A stretch of DNA of 64,000 nt. Origin: an uncultured cyanobacterium. Lineage in GTDB: Bacteria; Cyanobacteriota; Cyanobacteriia; Cyanobacteriales; CAWCAG01. The notes under the pieces are model-generated. The model saw only the letters and a list, made by a program, of their open reading frames with translations, was not told the origin of the DNA and did not search any database. The DNA lies in assembly GCA_963803805.1 (NCBI GenBank), contig CAWDOD010000010.1, forward strand, positions 288,001 through 352,000, in the 5' to 3' direction. Shown here piece after piece: positions 1 to 10,500 of this stretch (the stretch's first letter is position 1; every line of letters begins with the position of its first letter). The position numbers and the translations under genes were made by a program.

Positions 1-2400
1 AGTCAAACTTTCTTGCTTGTTTTGTAAATCGGCTTCTTGTTGAGGAATCTCTGTCGTTAAAATTTGCAGGCGTTTTTGCAACTCTGCTAATTCCTGATTA
101 TATTGACTTAGTTGAGTTTCTCTTTGCAGTTGTTGTTGGGCGAGGCGTTTAATTTCTGTCTCCGCTTGTTCTTGCCGCAGTTGTTTTTCCTGATGGCTTT
201 GTCTGGCTTCATTTAATTTTCTACTCAATTCCTGGGCCAAACTTAACTTCTGCTGACTTTCTTGTTGGCAGCGTTCCAAAACAATACCAATTTCCTGCAA
301 GCGTTGTCTCAAAGCAGCTAATTCCCCTGATTCTTGTAAACTAGCTGTACCAAAATGCACTGAGGCACGGAAAGAACTACTGCCCCCAGTCATTGCCCCA
401 CTACTTTCTAATAATTCTCCTTCTAAGGTAACGATACGAGTTTTACCAACATGAGGGCGGGCATCATGGAGGCTAGCGAAAACCACTGTACTACCAAAGA
501 CATAATCAAAAATATTTTGATAACGAGGTTGAAAATCTACTAATTCTACAGCGTAGTCAATAAAACCAGGGGCGTTGCGGAGGAACATCACCTGATTCAT
601 CCGAGGGGGCTTAATCTTGTTTAAAGGTAAGAAAGTTGCCCGCCCGCCACGCTTTTGTTTCAGCAGTTCAATACCTTGGGCAGCCACCCCATCATTTTCC
701 ACCACTACAAACCCCAGACGACCTCCTGCGGCTGTTTCCAAGGCTAATTGGTAGCGGGGGTCAACCTGTCCGAGTTGGGCAACTAAACCGCAAACTCCTG
801 GCAAGTTGGCTTGTAAAATTGCTTTGGTAGCGTAGGTTCCTTGTGCCTCCTGTTGGGCTTGGTTAGTAGCTTCTAATTTATCTAACTGCCGTTGTTTATT
901 TCTTTGTTCAGTAAGTAGGCGGTTTAAGGTATCTTCTTGTAATTGACGTTCTTGTTCCGCCGCCGCGAGTTGTTGTACCAAAGATTGGCTATTTTGTTGG
1001 GAACTATCAACCTGGGTAGCTAAATTAGTAGCTTCTGCTTGCTTAAGTTGAATTTCTGCTTGGTTAATAGCTAAGAACTCCTGCCCTTCAGTAATTTTGC
1101 TTTCTAACTGGCTGTAGCGTTCCTTAAGTTGTGCCTGTTCTGTACGTTGAGGATTAAGGCTTTTTTGTAAGGCAGCTATCGCTTTACTCAGGGCTGTTTG
1201 TTCCTGTATCCACGCCTCAGAAGCAGAAGCGAGACTATTAGCTGCTTCGCGACTTGTTTCTAAAACTTCCTTGGCGCGAACACATTCTTGTTTTAAATTA
1301 GGTAAAATTTCTTTTTCTTGTTGAGATTTTTCTTCTTCAAGTTCTGCCAAACTATGGCAATATTGTTGTCCTTGCTGATTAAGCTGAACTATCTCTGCTT
1401 CTGCTTGTTCTTTTGCTGTAGCTAACTCCTCTCGACGTTGGCGTAATTGATTTTGCTTCGCTTCTTGGGTAGCAAGTTGGGCAGCCACCGAAAGTTGTTC
1501 ATCTTCTCCTAAAGCTTTGACGTGGCGATTCAACTGGGCTAATTCTGCCTCTGCTTGGTTAATTTCCCCAGCTAACTTTGTTAACTCCTCTTCTAACTGG
1601 CTTGCCTTCTTCTCCCCTTCGGAAATTTTCCCTTGCAACTCCTGTTCTTGATGTTGTAGCGATCGCCAAATTAATACCGCCTCCCACTGTTGCTTTTGGT
1701 GAATTTCTGTCTTCAGTTTCTGGTACTTTTCTGCTTTAATCCGATCCGCAGCTAGGCGATCGCGGGCTTTAATCAGTTCTTGTTTAATAATGTGACAACG
1801 TTCTTCCCTTTCTTGTACCTCCTCAAAAGTTTTCCTTACCCGCTCAATTTTGCGATCAAAAGCAGCAACTCCTGCTAGTTCATCAATAATCTCCCGCCTT
1901 TCTTTAGAATTCATGGTAATGATGCGGGTAACATCCCCTTGCAACACCACGTTATACCCTTCAGGATAGATGCGTAGGCGGTTAAGTTGTTCGTGAAGTT
2001 CTGTAGCGGTAGAAGGTTCGCCATTAATAAAATAACTAGAAGAGTAACTTCCTCCTTTAGTCACCCTCAACCGCCGGGTAACAGTCCATTCTTGCCCCTC
2101 AAAGTTAGCAGCAATATCATCTTCTGAATCCTCAGTTTCTGTGAGATCAAAAGTTACACTAACACTAGTTTCAACAGTACCGCGATGTTCCTTATTATGG
2201 TTAACCAAATCCGGGAGTCGTTCTGCCCGCATCCCTTTAGAACTTGCTAAACCGAGGGCAAACAACAAAGCATCAAGAATGTTAGACTTTCCAGAGCCAT
2301 TAGGGCCAGAAACCACTGTAAAACCAGGTAATAGAGGAATTGTACTTGTTCCTCCGAAAGATTTAAACCGGGAAAGTTCTACACACTTGATATGAACCAT
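1..2400 (-). CDS. smc: Chromosome segregation protein SMC (5' part; runs off the window start)
   Basis: Manual translation from the ATG at 2400 gives MVHIKCVELSRFKSFGG...GFTVVSGPNGSGKSNILDALLFALGL, the SMC N-terminal Walker A head, followed by coiled-coil and hinge (GRATFLPLNKI). Absent from the ORF track because it is truncated. Confidence 0.96.
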   Translation of the reverse strand, partial: MVHIKCVELSRFKSFGGTSTIPLLPGFTVVSGPNGSGKSNILDALLFALGLASSKGMRAERLPDLVNHNKEHRGTVETSVSVTFDLTETEDSEDDIAANFEGQEWTVTRRLRVTKGGSYSSSYFINGEPSTATELHEQLNRLRIYPEGYNVVLQGDVTRIITMNSKERREIIDELAGVAAFDRKIERVRKTFEEVQEREERCHIIKQELIKARDRLAADRIKAEKYQKLKTEIHQKQQWEAVLIWRSLQHQEQELQGKISEGEKKASQLEEELTKLAGEINQAEAELAQLNRHVKALGEDEQLSVAAQLATQEAKQNQLRQRREELATAKEQAEAEIVQLNQQGQQYCHSLAELEEEKSQQEKEILPNLKQECVRAKEVLETSREAANSLASASEAWIQEQTALSKAIAALQKSLNPQRTEQAQLKERYSQLESKITEGQEFLAINQAEIQLKQAEATNLATQVDSSQQNSQSLVQQLAAAEQERQLQEDTLNRLLTEQRNKQRQLDKLEATNQAQQEAQGTYATKAILQANLPGVCGLVAQLGQVDPRYQLALETAAGGRLGFVVVENDGVAAQGIELLKQKRGGRATFLPLNKIKPPRMNQVMFLRNAPGFIDYAVELVDFQPRYQNIFDYVFGSTVVFASLHDARPHVGKTRIVTLEGELLESSGAMTGGSSSFRASVHFGTASLQESGELAALRQRLQEIGIVLERCQQESQQKLSLAQELSRKLNEARQSHQEKQLRQEQAETEIKRLAQQQLQRETQLSQYNQELAELQKRLQILTTEIPQQEADLQNKQESLT

Positions 2401-2575
2401 ACACTCTGGTCAACAGCAGTTCCTTAAATATCTAAGTATATGCAAAAATACCGAATTTGGGTTGATTCATAGGTAATAGGTGATTAGGAGAGAGCCAAGA
2501 AAAGACTTAATCCAAAAGCGATAAGCTAATGGCTAGTTGCTAGTTGCTAGTCGCTAAAGTCTTATACATAATAAT

Positions 2576-3901
2576 TTAGCTCTCCCTAAATAAAGCTGAA
2601 TCTTTCGCTTCTCTAGCTTTTTTCACATCAACTGAACCAAGAAGAAGCAAACCTAAAATAAAGAAAATAATTAAAGAAATAATCGCTGTCCTAGAAGTTC
2701 CTGTAACTTGACGAATAATAGCAAATAATAAAGGACCGAAAATAGCTGAACCTTTATTAAATACAGAATAAAAACCGTAAAACTCTGCTGAAGCTTGGGG
2801 AGGAATCAAAGAACCATAAAAGGAACGACTTAGGGATTGGGAACCACCTTGAACTAAACCAACTATTCCTCCTAAAATGAAATACTCTGTAGGTGTTTGT
2901 AAAAAGTAAGCGTAAATAACCACAAAAGACCAACCAACTAAAGTTACCATTAAGGCATTTTTAGCTGAGATGATTTCTGCTAATTTACTAAAAGCTAATG
3001 CCCCAATGATACTAACAAATTGAATTACCAAAAGTGTTACCATCAAAACGTTAGTGGTAAAACCCAACTCTTCTGTGCCATAAATCGTTGCTAAGGTGAT
3101 AACAGTTTGAATGCCGTTGTTATAAATAAGATAGGCGATTAAAAACAGTAGTAAATGCTTAAATAATTTGACTTTTTTTAAAGTAACCCAAGTTCGTAAT
3201 AGTCCTACTTTTGTGTAAGCTTGCCACTGGGGCAAATTTCTATATTCCTGGGGTAATTTTTGCCCCCTTTGAGACTCTTTTAAATAGAGAAATGTTATTA
3301 AAGCAAAACCTCCCCACCATAAACCTGCCATCAAAATAGCTAACTTAGCAGCTAAAGCCGCAGAAATACCAATTTGTTCATGGAGAGCAATTAATCCTAA
3401 AGAAAGGGCAAACTGTAAACCTCCCCCAATGTAACCACAAGCAAAACCTTGCCCAGAAACCCAATCTAGTTTATCTTCAGCAACAATTTCTGGTAAAAAA
3501 GCATCATAAAAAATGTTGGCAGCCACAAAGCCAATTTGGGCAATAATAAACAACCCCAAAGTTTGCCAAACATCTCCTGCCCCAGAGAAAAAAAGCAAAC
3601 AAGCAGCTAGACTACCAAGATAACAAAAAGTTAGTAAAAACTTCTTTTTTGCTGCGGAGAAATCGGCGATCGCGCCCATAATTGGCGCAATAAGTAAAAC
3701 CAAAAAAGCCGAAAAACTAATTGCCAAAGCCCAAAGACTAGTGGCACTAAAGGTAGCATTACCAATAGTTACTCCTCCTTCCGGCACTACCACAGAAGCA
3801 AAATAAGCAGGCAATACAGCAACAACTACCGTAGTAACATAGGCAGAGTTAGCCCAATCGTACATTACCCAACCGAAAATTTGTTTTTTGTTGTTATTCA
3901 T
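2576..3901 (-). CDS. MFS transporter, UMF1/Atg22-like family
   Basis: 441 aa with about 12 hydrophobic segments; family-typical motifs GWVMYDWANSAY and QSLSRSFYGSLIP..AEFYGFY. Confidence 0.85.
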   Translation of the reverse strand: MNNNKKQIFGWVMYDWANSAYVTTVVVAVLPAYFASVVVPEGGVTIGNATFSATSLWALAISFSAFLVLLIAPIMGAIADFSAAKKKFLLTFCYLGSLAACLLFFSGAGDVWQTLGLFIIAQIGFVAANIFYDAFLPEIVAEDKLDWVSGQGFACGYIGGGLQFALSLGLIALHEQIGISAALAAKLAILMAGLWWGGFALITFLYLKESQRGQKLPQEYRNLPQWQAYTKVGLLRTWVTLKKVKLFKHLLLFLIAYLIYNNGIQTVITLATIYGTEELGFTTNVLMVTLLVIQFVSIIGALAFSKLAEIISAKNALMVTLVGWSFVVIYAYFLQTPTEYFILGGIVGLVQGGSQSLSRSFYGSLIPPQASAEFYGFYSVFNKGSAIFGPLLFAIIRQVTGTSRTAIISLIIFFILGLLLLGSVDVKKAREAKDSALFRES

Positions 3902-4126
3902 TAATTGAGGAAATGAGAAATAGGGGTCACGGATTTTGTTACTTTAGGCTACAAAGAAGAAAATGAAAATGCCAATTTCCTGATGATACCCTTAATGAAA
4001 CTCGCCCCCCATTTATAACTGTTCGGCTTGCCCTTGCCCCAGGCATGGTTAATAACGGTTCATTGTAGGGCTTGCCCTTGCCCTTAGACATCATTGATAA
4101 CTGATAACTGATAACTGATAATTGAT

Positions 4127-6236
4127 ATGAGGACTATAGAAACAAAAGCTATTGTTAGTGCTGATGGTAAAGTAACTGTGGAATGCGCCTCCGGGTTTAC
4201 CACCGGGAGAACATAAAGTTACCATTATTGTCGAAGATATTCCCCCCAGAACTTTTTCTGATCTTGCTAATCATTGGGGGAAACCTTTTATAGAAGGTTT
4301 GGCTCAAAAAAGAATTGTTAATGGCTTTCCTGATGGTACATTTCGCCCTGATGTAACTATGAGTCGGGCGCAATTTGCTGCTGTGGTGGGGACAGCTTTT
4401 AGTTTGCCCCGCAAGCGAGAGAAGATTGCTTTCAAGGATGTACCTGTCGGTTATTGGGCTGTACCTGGTATTGAAAAAGCTTATGAAATGGGTTTTATTT
4501 CTGGTTTCCCTGGAGAAGAATTTCGCCCCAATGAACCCGTTACAGCAGTACAAATAATTCTTTCTTTGGTTAATGGCTTAGGGATTCAAGCTGCTGGGGC
4601 AGAAGATGTGCAGTTATGGCAGGTTTATCAAGATTGGACAGAAATTCCTGATTATGCCAAAAAGCAAGTGGCGATCGCCACTTTAAAAGGTTTAGTGGTA
4701 GATGGGCAAGGGCAACAAACCTTCAAACCTAATTCCCCAGCAACTAGGGCTGAAGTTGTGGCTTTTATTTATCAAGCTTTAACCTTAGTAGGGGGTGTAC
4801 CGAAAATTAACTCAGATTTAATTGTCACCTATCCTCCAAAAAAGCCCTTACCCCAAACCCTTAAATTACAACATCGTCGGGAGTTTCGCGGAGTTTGGGT
4901 AGCAGGTATTTGGAACATTAACTGGCCTTCCAAACGGGGGCTTTCTAGCAACGAACAAAAGCAAGAATTAATCACCATCCTAGATCGCATCAATAGCCTT
5001 AACCTCAATGCCCTTATTCTCCAGGTACGTCCGGAAGGAGATGCTTTCTATGCCTCCCAGCTTGAACCCTGGAGTGCCTGGTTAACGGGAACCCAAGGCA
5101 AAGCCCCTAATCCCTATTATGACCCCCTAGAATTCGCTGTTACAGAGGGTCACAAGCGGGGTATCGAAATCCATGCTTGGTTTAATCCTTACCGGGCAAA
5201 AACTTCTTCGCAAACTTCCCCTAATGTCAAACCTCACCTCGATGCAGTTTATCCTAGCGCCGTTTATCAATATGGAACTCAACGTTGGATGGACCCAGGC
5301 TTAAAGGTTGTACAAGACCGCACCTACAATGTGATTATGGATGTGGTGCAACGCTATGATGTGGATGGCATCCATTTGGATGATTATTTTTATCCCTATC
5401 CCATTTCCGACAAGCCTTTCCCCGACGACAATAGCTACAATGCCTACAAAGCTAGTGGAGGCAAGCTATCTAGGGATGACTGGCGTAGGGACAATGTTAA
5501 CAAAATGGTTAAACGCCTTAGTGAGGGCATCCACGCTGTTAAGCCTCACATCCGTTTTGGCATCAGTCCTTTTGGTATCTATCGTCCTGGGCAACCTCCC
5601 GGTATTAGCGGGCTTGATCAGTTTGGTGATCTTTATGCCGACCCCAAAAAATGGCTTGCAGAAGGTTGGGTAGATTATATTGCACCGCAACTCTATTGGT
5701 CAATTGCTCAAAGGCAACAAAGTTATCCGGTGTTATTAAAATGGTGGACAGAAAATAACCCCAGAGGTAAAGATATTTATGCGGGTAATAACCTAGCAAA
5801 GTTAGAAGGAAATGCTTGGTCTGTAACAGAAATTGAACAGCAAATTAAGCTTACCCGTGACTCTTTTCTTCAAAAAGCGACAGGGAATATTTACTACAAT
5901 ATGAAGCCTTTCGCGAGGAATTTGCAAGGAGTAAACGAGCGTTTCCAAATAGCTATTTATCCTCAAGCTACCTTAGTACCTATTTTGCCAGATACTAAGT
6001 TGACTCCTCCAGAAATACCGACAGGAGTTAAGGTAGAAAATGGTCGAGTTAGTTGGAATCCCGGCAACCAAGGTTTAAAAGGTTGGACTCTTTATCAACA
6101 GGTTTCTGGTAGTTGGAAGTTAGAGCAAGTTTTGCCTTTGCAAGTTACGGAAATTAAGTTAAGTTCTGGTACTTATGCTGTTTGTGCGGTTAATCGGGTA
6201 TCTCAAGAAAGTGCAGGGGTAGTATTTTCTATTTAG
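4127..6236 (+). CDS. S-layer homology (SLH) domains plus GHL10/DUF187 glycoside hydrolase-like protein; 5' end split by a +1 frameshift near 4184
   Basis: ORF 4299..6236 has SLH repeats (GFPDGTFRPD, GFPGEEFRPN) and a GHL10 core (EFRGVWVA, IHAWFNPYR, YDVDGIHLDDYFYPY). The same frame extends back to 4185 (APPGLPPGEHKVTIIVEDIPPRTFSDLANHWGKPFIEG), and the ATG at 4127 opens in a frame offset by one base. Confidence 0.8.
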
Positions 6237-6288
6237 CTTTTCTACAATCGATATTAAAAAAACATTTATTCTTGCCCACCGCAACTAA

Positions 6289-6326
6289 AGCAAGGGGGTA
6301 GAGTTAGCTTGCTCTACCCCCTTGCT
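6289..6326. terminator. Perfect 15-bp inverted repeat downstream of the SLH-GH gene
   Basis: AGCAAGGGGGTAGAG-(8 nt)-CTCTACCCCCTTGCT. No U-tract directly after the stem, so terminator function is not certain. Confidence 0.5.
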
Positions 6327-6556
6327 GTATAATGCTAGTGTGTCATGCAATTTGCCTGGTAGTCGGTTTGGATTGACTATCAGGCTTTCCTGGCACATTG
6401 TAGCATTTTTTTTAAGATCAACTTGACTCTTAGTTAGTGAATGAGTCATATTTTTATGCGATCGCTTCGCTGCACATTAAGGGTATCCCACAGTTCAAAG
6501 GCGATCGCAATCTATTCATTTTCTTATAAAATAAAGGAATCAGTTGGAACAAAGTA

Positions 6557-6781
6557 ATGGAAGTTTTTAAGCTTACTACTGAAATTGATCAAAAAGGGCA
6601 GCTCAATATCAATCTACCTACTAATTTAACGGAGGGCAAGGTTGATTTAGTGGTAATTATTAATCCTGTGACAGAAAAGGATAAAAGACCTAATACCTAT
6701 GATTTTTCCGATTTGGTAGGTAAGCTTTCTTGGCAAGGAAACCCAGTAGCAGAACAGAGAAAGTTAAGGGATGAGTGGTAA
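6557..6781 (+). CDS. Putative antitoxin of the adjacent PIN toxin
   Basis: 74 aa, overlaps the toxin start. C-terminus GKLSWQGNPVAEQRKLRDEW is typical of VapC-partner antitoxins. Confidence 0.75.
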   Translation: MEVFKLTTEIDQKGQLNINLPTNLTEGKVDLVVIINPVTEKDKRPNTYDFSDLVGKLSWQGNPVAEQRKLRDEW

Positions 6782-7148
6782 TCGTTATTTATTAGATACA
6801 AATGCCATTATTGCCCTGTTGCAAGGAGATTCTAACCTCATTAAACTACTTCATAATACGGAATGGATTGGTATTTCTGTCATCAGTCATTTAGAATTTC
6901 TTGCTTTTAGTGGCTTAACGGAAGCAGATAAACGACTATTTCAACAATTTTTGCAGCGAGTGGAAGTCATCGATTTATCTAGTCAAGATAAATCCCTCAT
7001 CAAGCAAATTATTTCCATTCGCCAACAATATCGCTTAAAACTACCGGATGCAATTATTGCTGCAATGGCAAGTCAAAAATCCGCAAAACTAGTAACCCGT
7101 GATGTTCAATTAAACAAGATTACCGATTTAACAGTTATCAATTGGTGA
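6771..7148 (+). CDS. vapC: PIN-domain toxin (VapC family)
   Basis: YLLDTNAII, ISHLEFL, LKLPDAIIAA and LVTRD acidic PIN motifs; 125 aa. Confidence 0.92.
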   Translation: MSGNRYLLDTNAIIALLQGDSNLIKLLHNTEWIGISVISHLEFLAFSGLTEADKRLFQQFLQRVEVIDLSSQDKSLIKQIISIRQQYRLKLPDAIIAAMASQKSAKLVTRDVQLNKITDLTVINW

Positions 7149-7482
7149 TCACAAATCCAGTTACAAAAAATCTGTTATGAAATCTAGAGGGTAAAGCTTT
7201 CTAACCCCTTTGCCCCTTCCCTATTAGTAAGACCAAGTGAATTGCTAAAAACTAGTTTGTTGATAAAAAAGAGGCTTTTTCTTACTTGATTTTCTTTTTC
7301 TTTGCTGATAGTATGGTTTAAGGGAGAATAGATGGTTTTGAAAATAAAATTGCGTCTATTCCCATTATTCAAAATAATTTTATCTTATCAAGGTAAAACC
7401 CGATTAAAGTTTAAAAAAACTTAACAACTTCTCTTTACTATGTGAGCGCTTCACTGCACCTGAAGGGTATTGCACTCCTCGC

Positions 7483-7557
7483 GTAGGTTGGGTTGAGGTA
7501 ACGAAACCCAACACCCATAGGTCTTTGTTGGGTTTGACTTTGTGCAACCCAACCTAC
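7483..7557. repeat. REP doublet (GTAG-type, inverted pair)
   Basis: GTAGGTTGGGTTGAGGTAACGAAACCCAAC ... GTTGGGTTTGACTTTGTGCAACCCAACCTAC, 10 nt past the stop of the CHAT gene. Confidence 0.85.
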
Positions 7558-7566
7558 AGAAGAATC

Positions 7567-10500
7567 TTATTCCTCATTCCCTGCCAGCAAATCCTGCAAA
7601 GTTGTCGGGTCAGCAATGCCCTGTAAAATAGCACGGATGGTAACAGCATCCTCATAATTCAAATCCTCAAGAAAAACATCTTCATCCCTTTCCCCTGCAA
7701 GGATTTGTCGAATTGCTGTTACTAAATTAACCCAACCTTTATTCACATAGGGTTCCAACAGTTCTTCCAACTGCTGCCTACGCTCACTATCACTCACCGT
7801 AGCCACAACCATGCCAATTAACTTACTATAGTTCCGTAACTCATACCTCGTACCAGTAAAATTCCACTTCGCTTCCCTGGCTAAACGGCTATACTCCCTG
7901 GCTTGGGAGCTTTTTCCTTGCTTCTGTGCAATTCGAGCCAATAGTTCGTAAATGTTCCAAATTTCTGCTACTGCGGGGTCTAAAGTTTTGCTTATTGTTA
8001 AGGCTTCCTCTGCTAACTGGCAAGCTTCTGAAAGGTTTTGAGTTTTTTTATAGAGAAAAAAGGCTAATCTAAAAAGTCTTGTTGACACCCTCACCATGTC
8101 ACCTACCTCTTTCCCTGCTTTAATCGATTTCCGAAACCAAGCTTCTGCATCTTTCAACTTCCCTATACCTATACAAAGCTGAGCTAAATTATGCCAAGTT
8201 CCTGCAGCTCCAGCTAAATTCCCTTGACTCTCACTAATCTGAGCAGACTGCCGATAGGCAAACTCTGCTGCTTCCCAAGCCTTAGCCTCATAGTGTACAT
8301 TACCTAGTTGATTCCAAGAACTTGCTTCTAATTCCGGTGCCTCTATCTTTTGGAAATTTTCTAGAGCAGCTTGGTAAAACTTATGTGCTTCTAGGAGTTT
8401 GCCTTGCTTTAGTGCAAGAGTTCCTAGATTCGCCTGAACCAGAGCTTCGTCTCTCTCATTACCTATTTTCTGATAAGTAGTCAGTGATAGCTCGTAGTTT
8501 TTTCTCGCATCCTCAAGCTTTCCCATTTGCATCATTACCTCAGCTAACTCGGAATGCAAAGCTCCTATCATTGTCTGTATTGTTTGGCTTTGTTCTGATT
8601 CTGATGCTACATCTAAAGCCTGGCGATACTTTACTGTGGCTAGATTTACTTTTCCCTGAGCTTGTAAACAGCTACCCAGCATATATAAAAGAGCGCATAG
8701 CTCATCATTGTAAATATTGCCTATGTTTGCCAAGATAGATTTACATACCAAAGTGGCTTCTTGATAGTGTCCAGCATAGAATAGCTCTTCAACCTTATAG
8801 CTTTGGGCAAGATACCAACTCCGGGAGTTTACACCTTGAACTAGTTGTTGAACTTTCTCTATTAGTTGCAAAATTTTAAAAGTCAATCCTAAAACACGGA
8901 GAAAATGACTTACACTATCAACAAACTGCACAACATAGTTTGCCTTAAGTATTAAAGTCTCCTCTACAGCATTGAGGAGGTTAGGTAGTTCCCGTTTAGC
9001 AATAGCGCGGGCTTGGTGAGGGTTTTTCTCATCTTCATCGTAAAGGTAGCCAGCAAGTTGATAATAAGCCTGACAGTAACTCTCCTGTAGAGAGGCAATG
9101 TTGCTACTTCCATCCTGGCGTAAAATAGGGGTTAAAGTCGGATGAAACTTGAGGTATGGTGATTTCCATCCTGGAAGTATTTCCGCTTTAATCAAACCTG
9201 CATTTTCCAAAGCTGGGCGTAACTGCTGCCATTGTTCTTCAGTAAATAATTTCATCACCCCAGTAATCATAAATTCCCAAACCCCACCCTGAAAAACCCC
9301 CAACTTCGGCAACAATCCCTGCACCTCCTCCGGTAACATCTGTAAAGACAACCGCAAAGAAGCTAGCAAACTAACATTCTTATCCTCACTATTCGCCGTC
9401 GCTGCGATCGTCTCCTCAATCAACTTCTCCAAACTTCCTTCCACTTCCCCTATTCGTCGCACTTTCAACTGATTAGCTAACAAACCAATAGACAAAGGAT
9501 GAAAATCCACTAGACGGAATAGTTTTAACAACTCCCTCCGTTGTGGTAAAGCAAATAAAGGTTCTGAGGGTAACTTCATTAACTCCTGAAAATAACTCAA
9601 AGCATCTTCTCTCCCCAATCCTGACAAAGCCAAAGGAATATGTTTGCGACTACCAGAATTAGGATAACCAGGATGGTTTAAACTTCCTTGCCTGGTAGTG
9701 ATCAGCAAGCGATTCTCCCCAATTTCTGACCATTGCTGCGCCACTGTCAGCAACTCTTGTAAAGCTTCAGGAGAGAGTGTTTCTAAATTGTCTAGGATTA
9801 ATAGTAGAGAGCGGTTTTTGTGGTGCGATCGCAAATAATTCCCCACCGCCCCAACATCGACAAAACTATTTTCCAAAACCACTCCCAAACTACTAACCGC
9901 CCAACCTACCGCATCAATACCTTGAAAAGCGGCGTAATCCACAAAACAAACATGACTAAACATTCCTGTACGCTGTAACCATCGCCCTGCTTCCTGTACC
10001 AGATAGGTTTTTCCCTGTCCCCCAAAACCAGTAACGGTGATACGCTTTGTACCTCTGACAAAAGCCGTTTCAATCTGCCATAATTCCTCGCTCCTACCCC
10101 AAAATCCTGCTTCTTGTACCTCTGGCAAATTATGGTTAAGGGTTTCTTCTTCTTCCTCCGCAACTTCCCCCGGTTGCAACAAAGGTGTATCCACTCCAGA
10201 CTGATACAAAGTCGGCAAAAACCAATCCTGCATCTTCATAGTAATTCGGTCTTGCCCTCGCTGCCTTTCTCCCCTGCCAGTATTACGGTACAAATTCCGT
10301 CGGGCATTATCCAAAGCTTCTCCAGTACCTTCCCCAGCTACTAAACGAGTATAAAACTCAGCAAAAAACTGCTGGGCTGTTTTCACCAAAACTGAATAAC
10401 TCATAGCAATAACTGAAGGAATCCCCGCATGGGTTAACCTTGCCGCGATAGTTCCCATGGCATCTTCCCCTGCTACTTGGGACGATTGACAAGCAGAGAG

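Noticed and set aside
636-2395. Plus-strand ORFs 636..830 and 2141..2395
   Set aside because: Antisense shadows of smc.
4025-4083. Duplicated GGCTTGCCCTTGCCC upstream of the SLH gene
   Set aside because: Only two short copies, probably a decayed REP-like element; no function can be supported.
7567-9200. TPR region as a diversity-generating retroelement target
   Set aside because: No reverse transcriptase or template/variable repeat pair is visible in the window.
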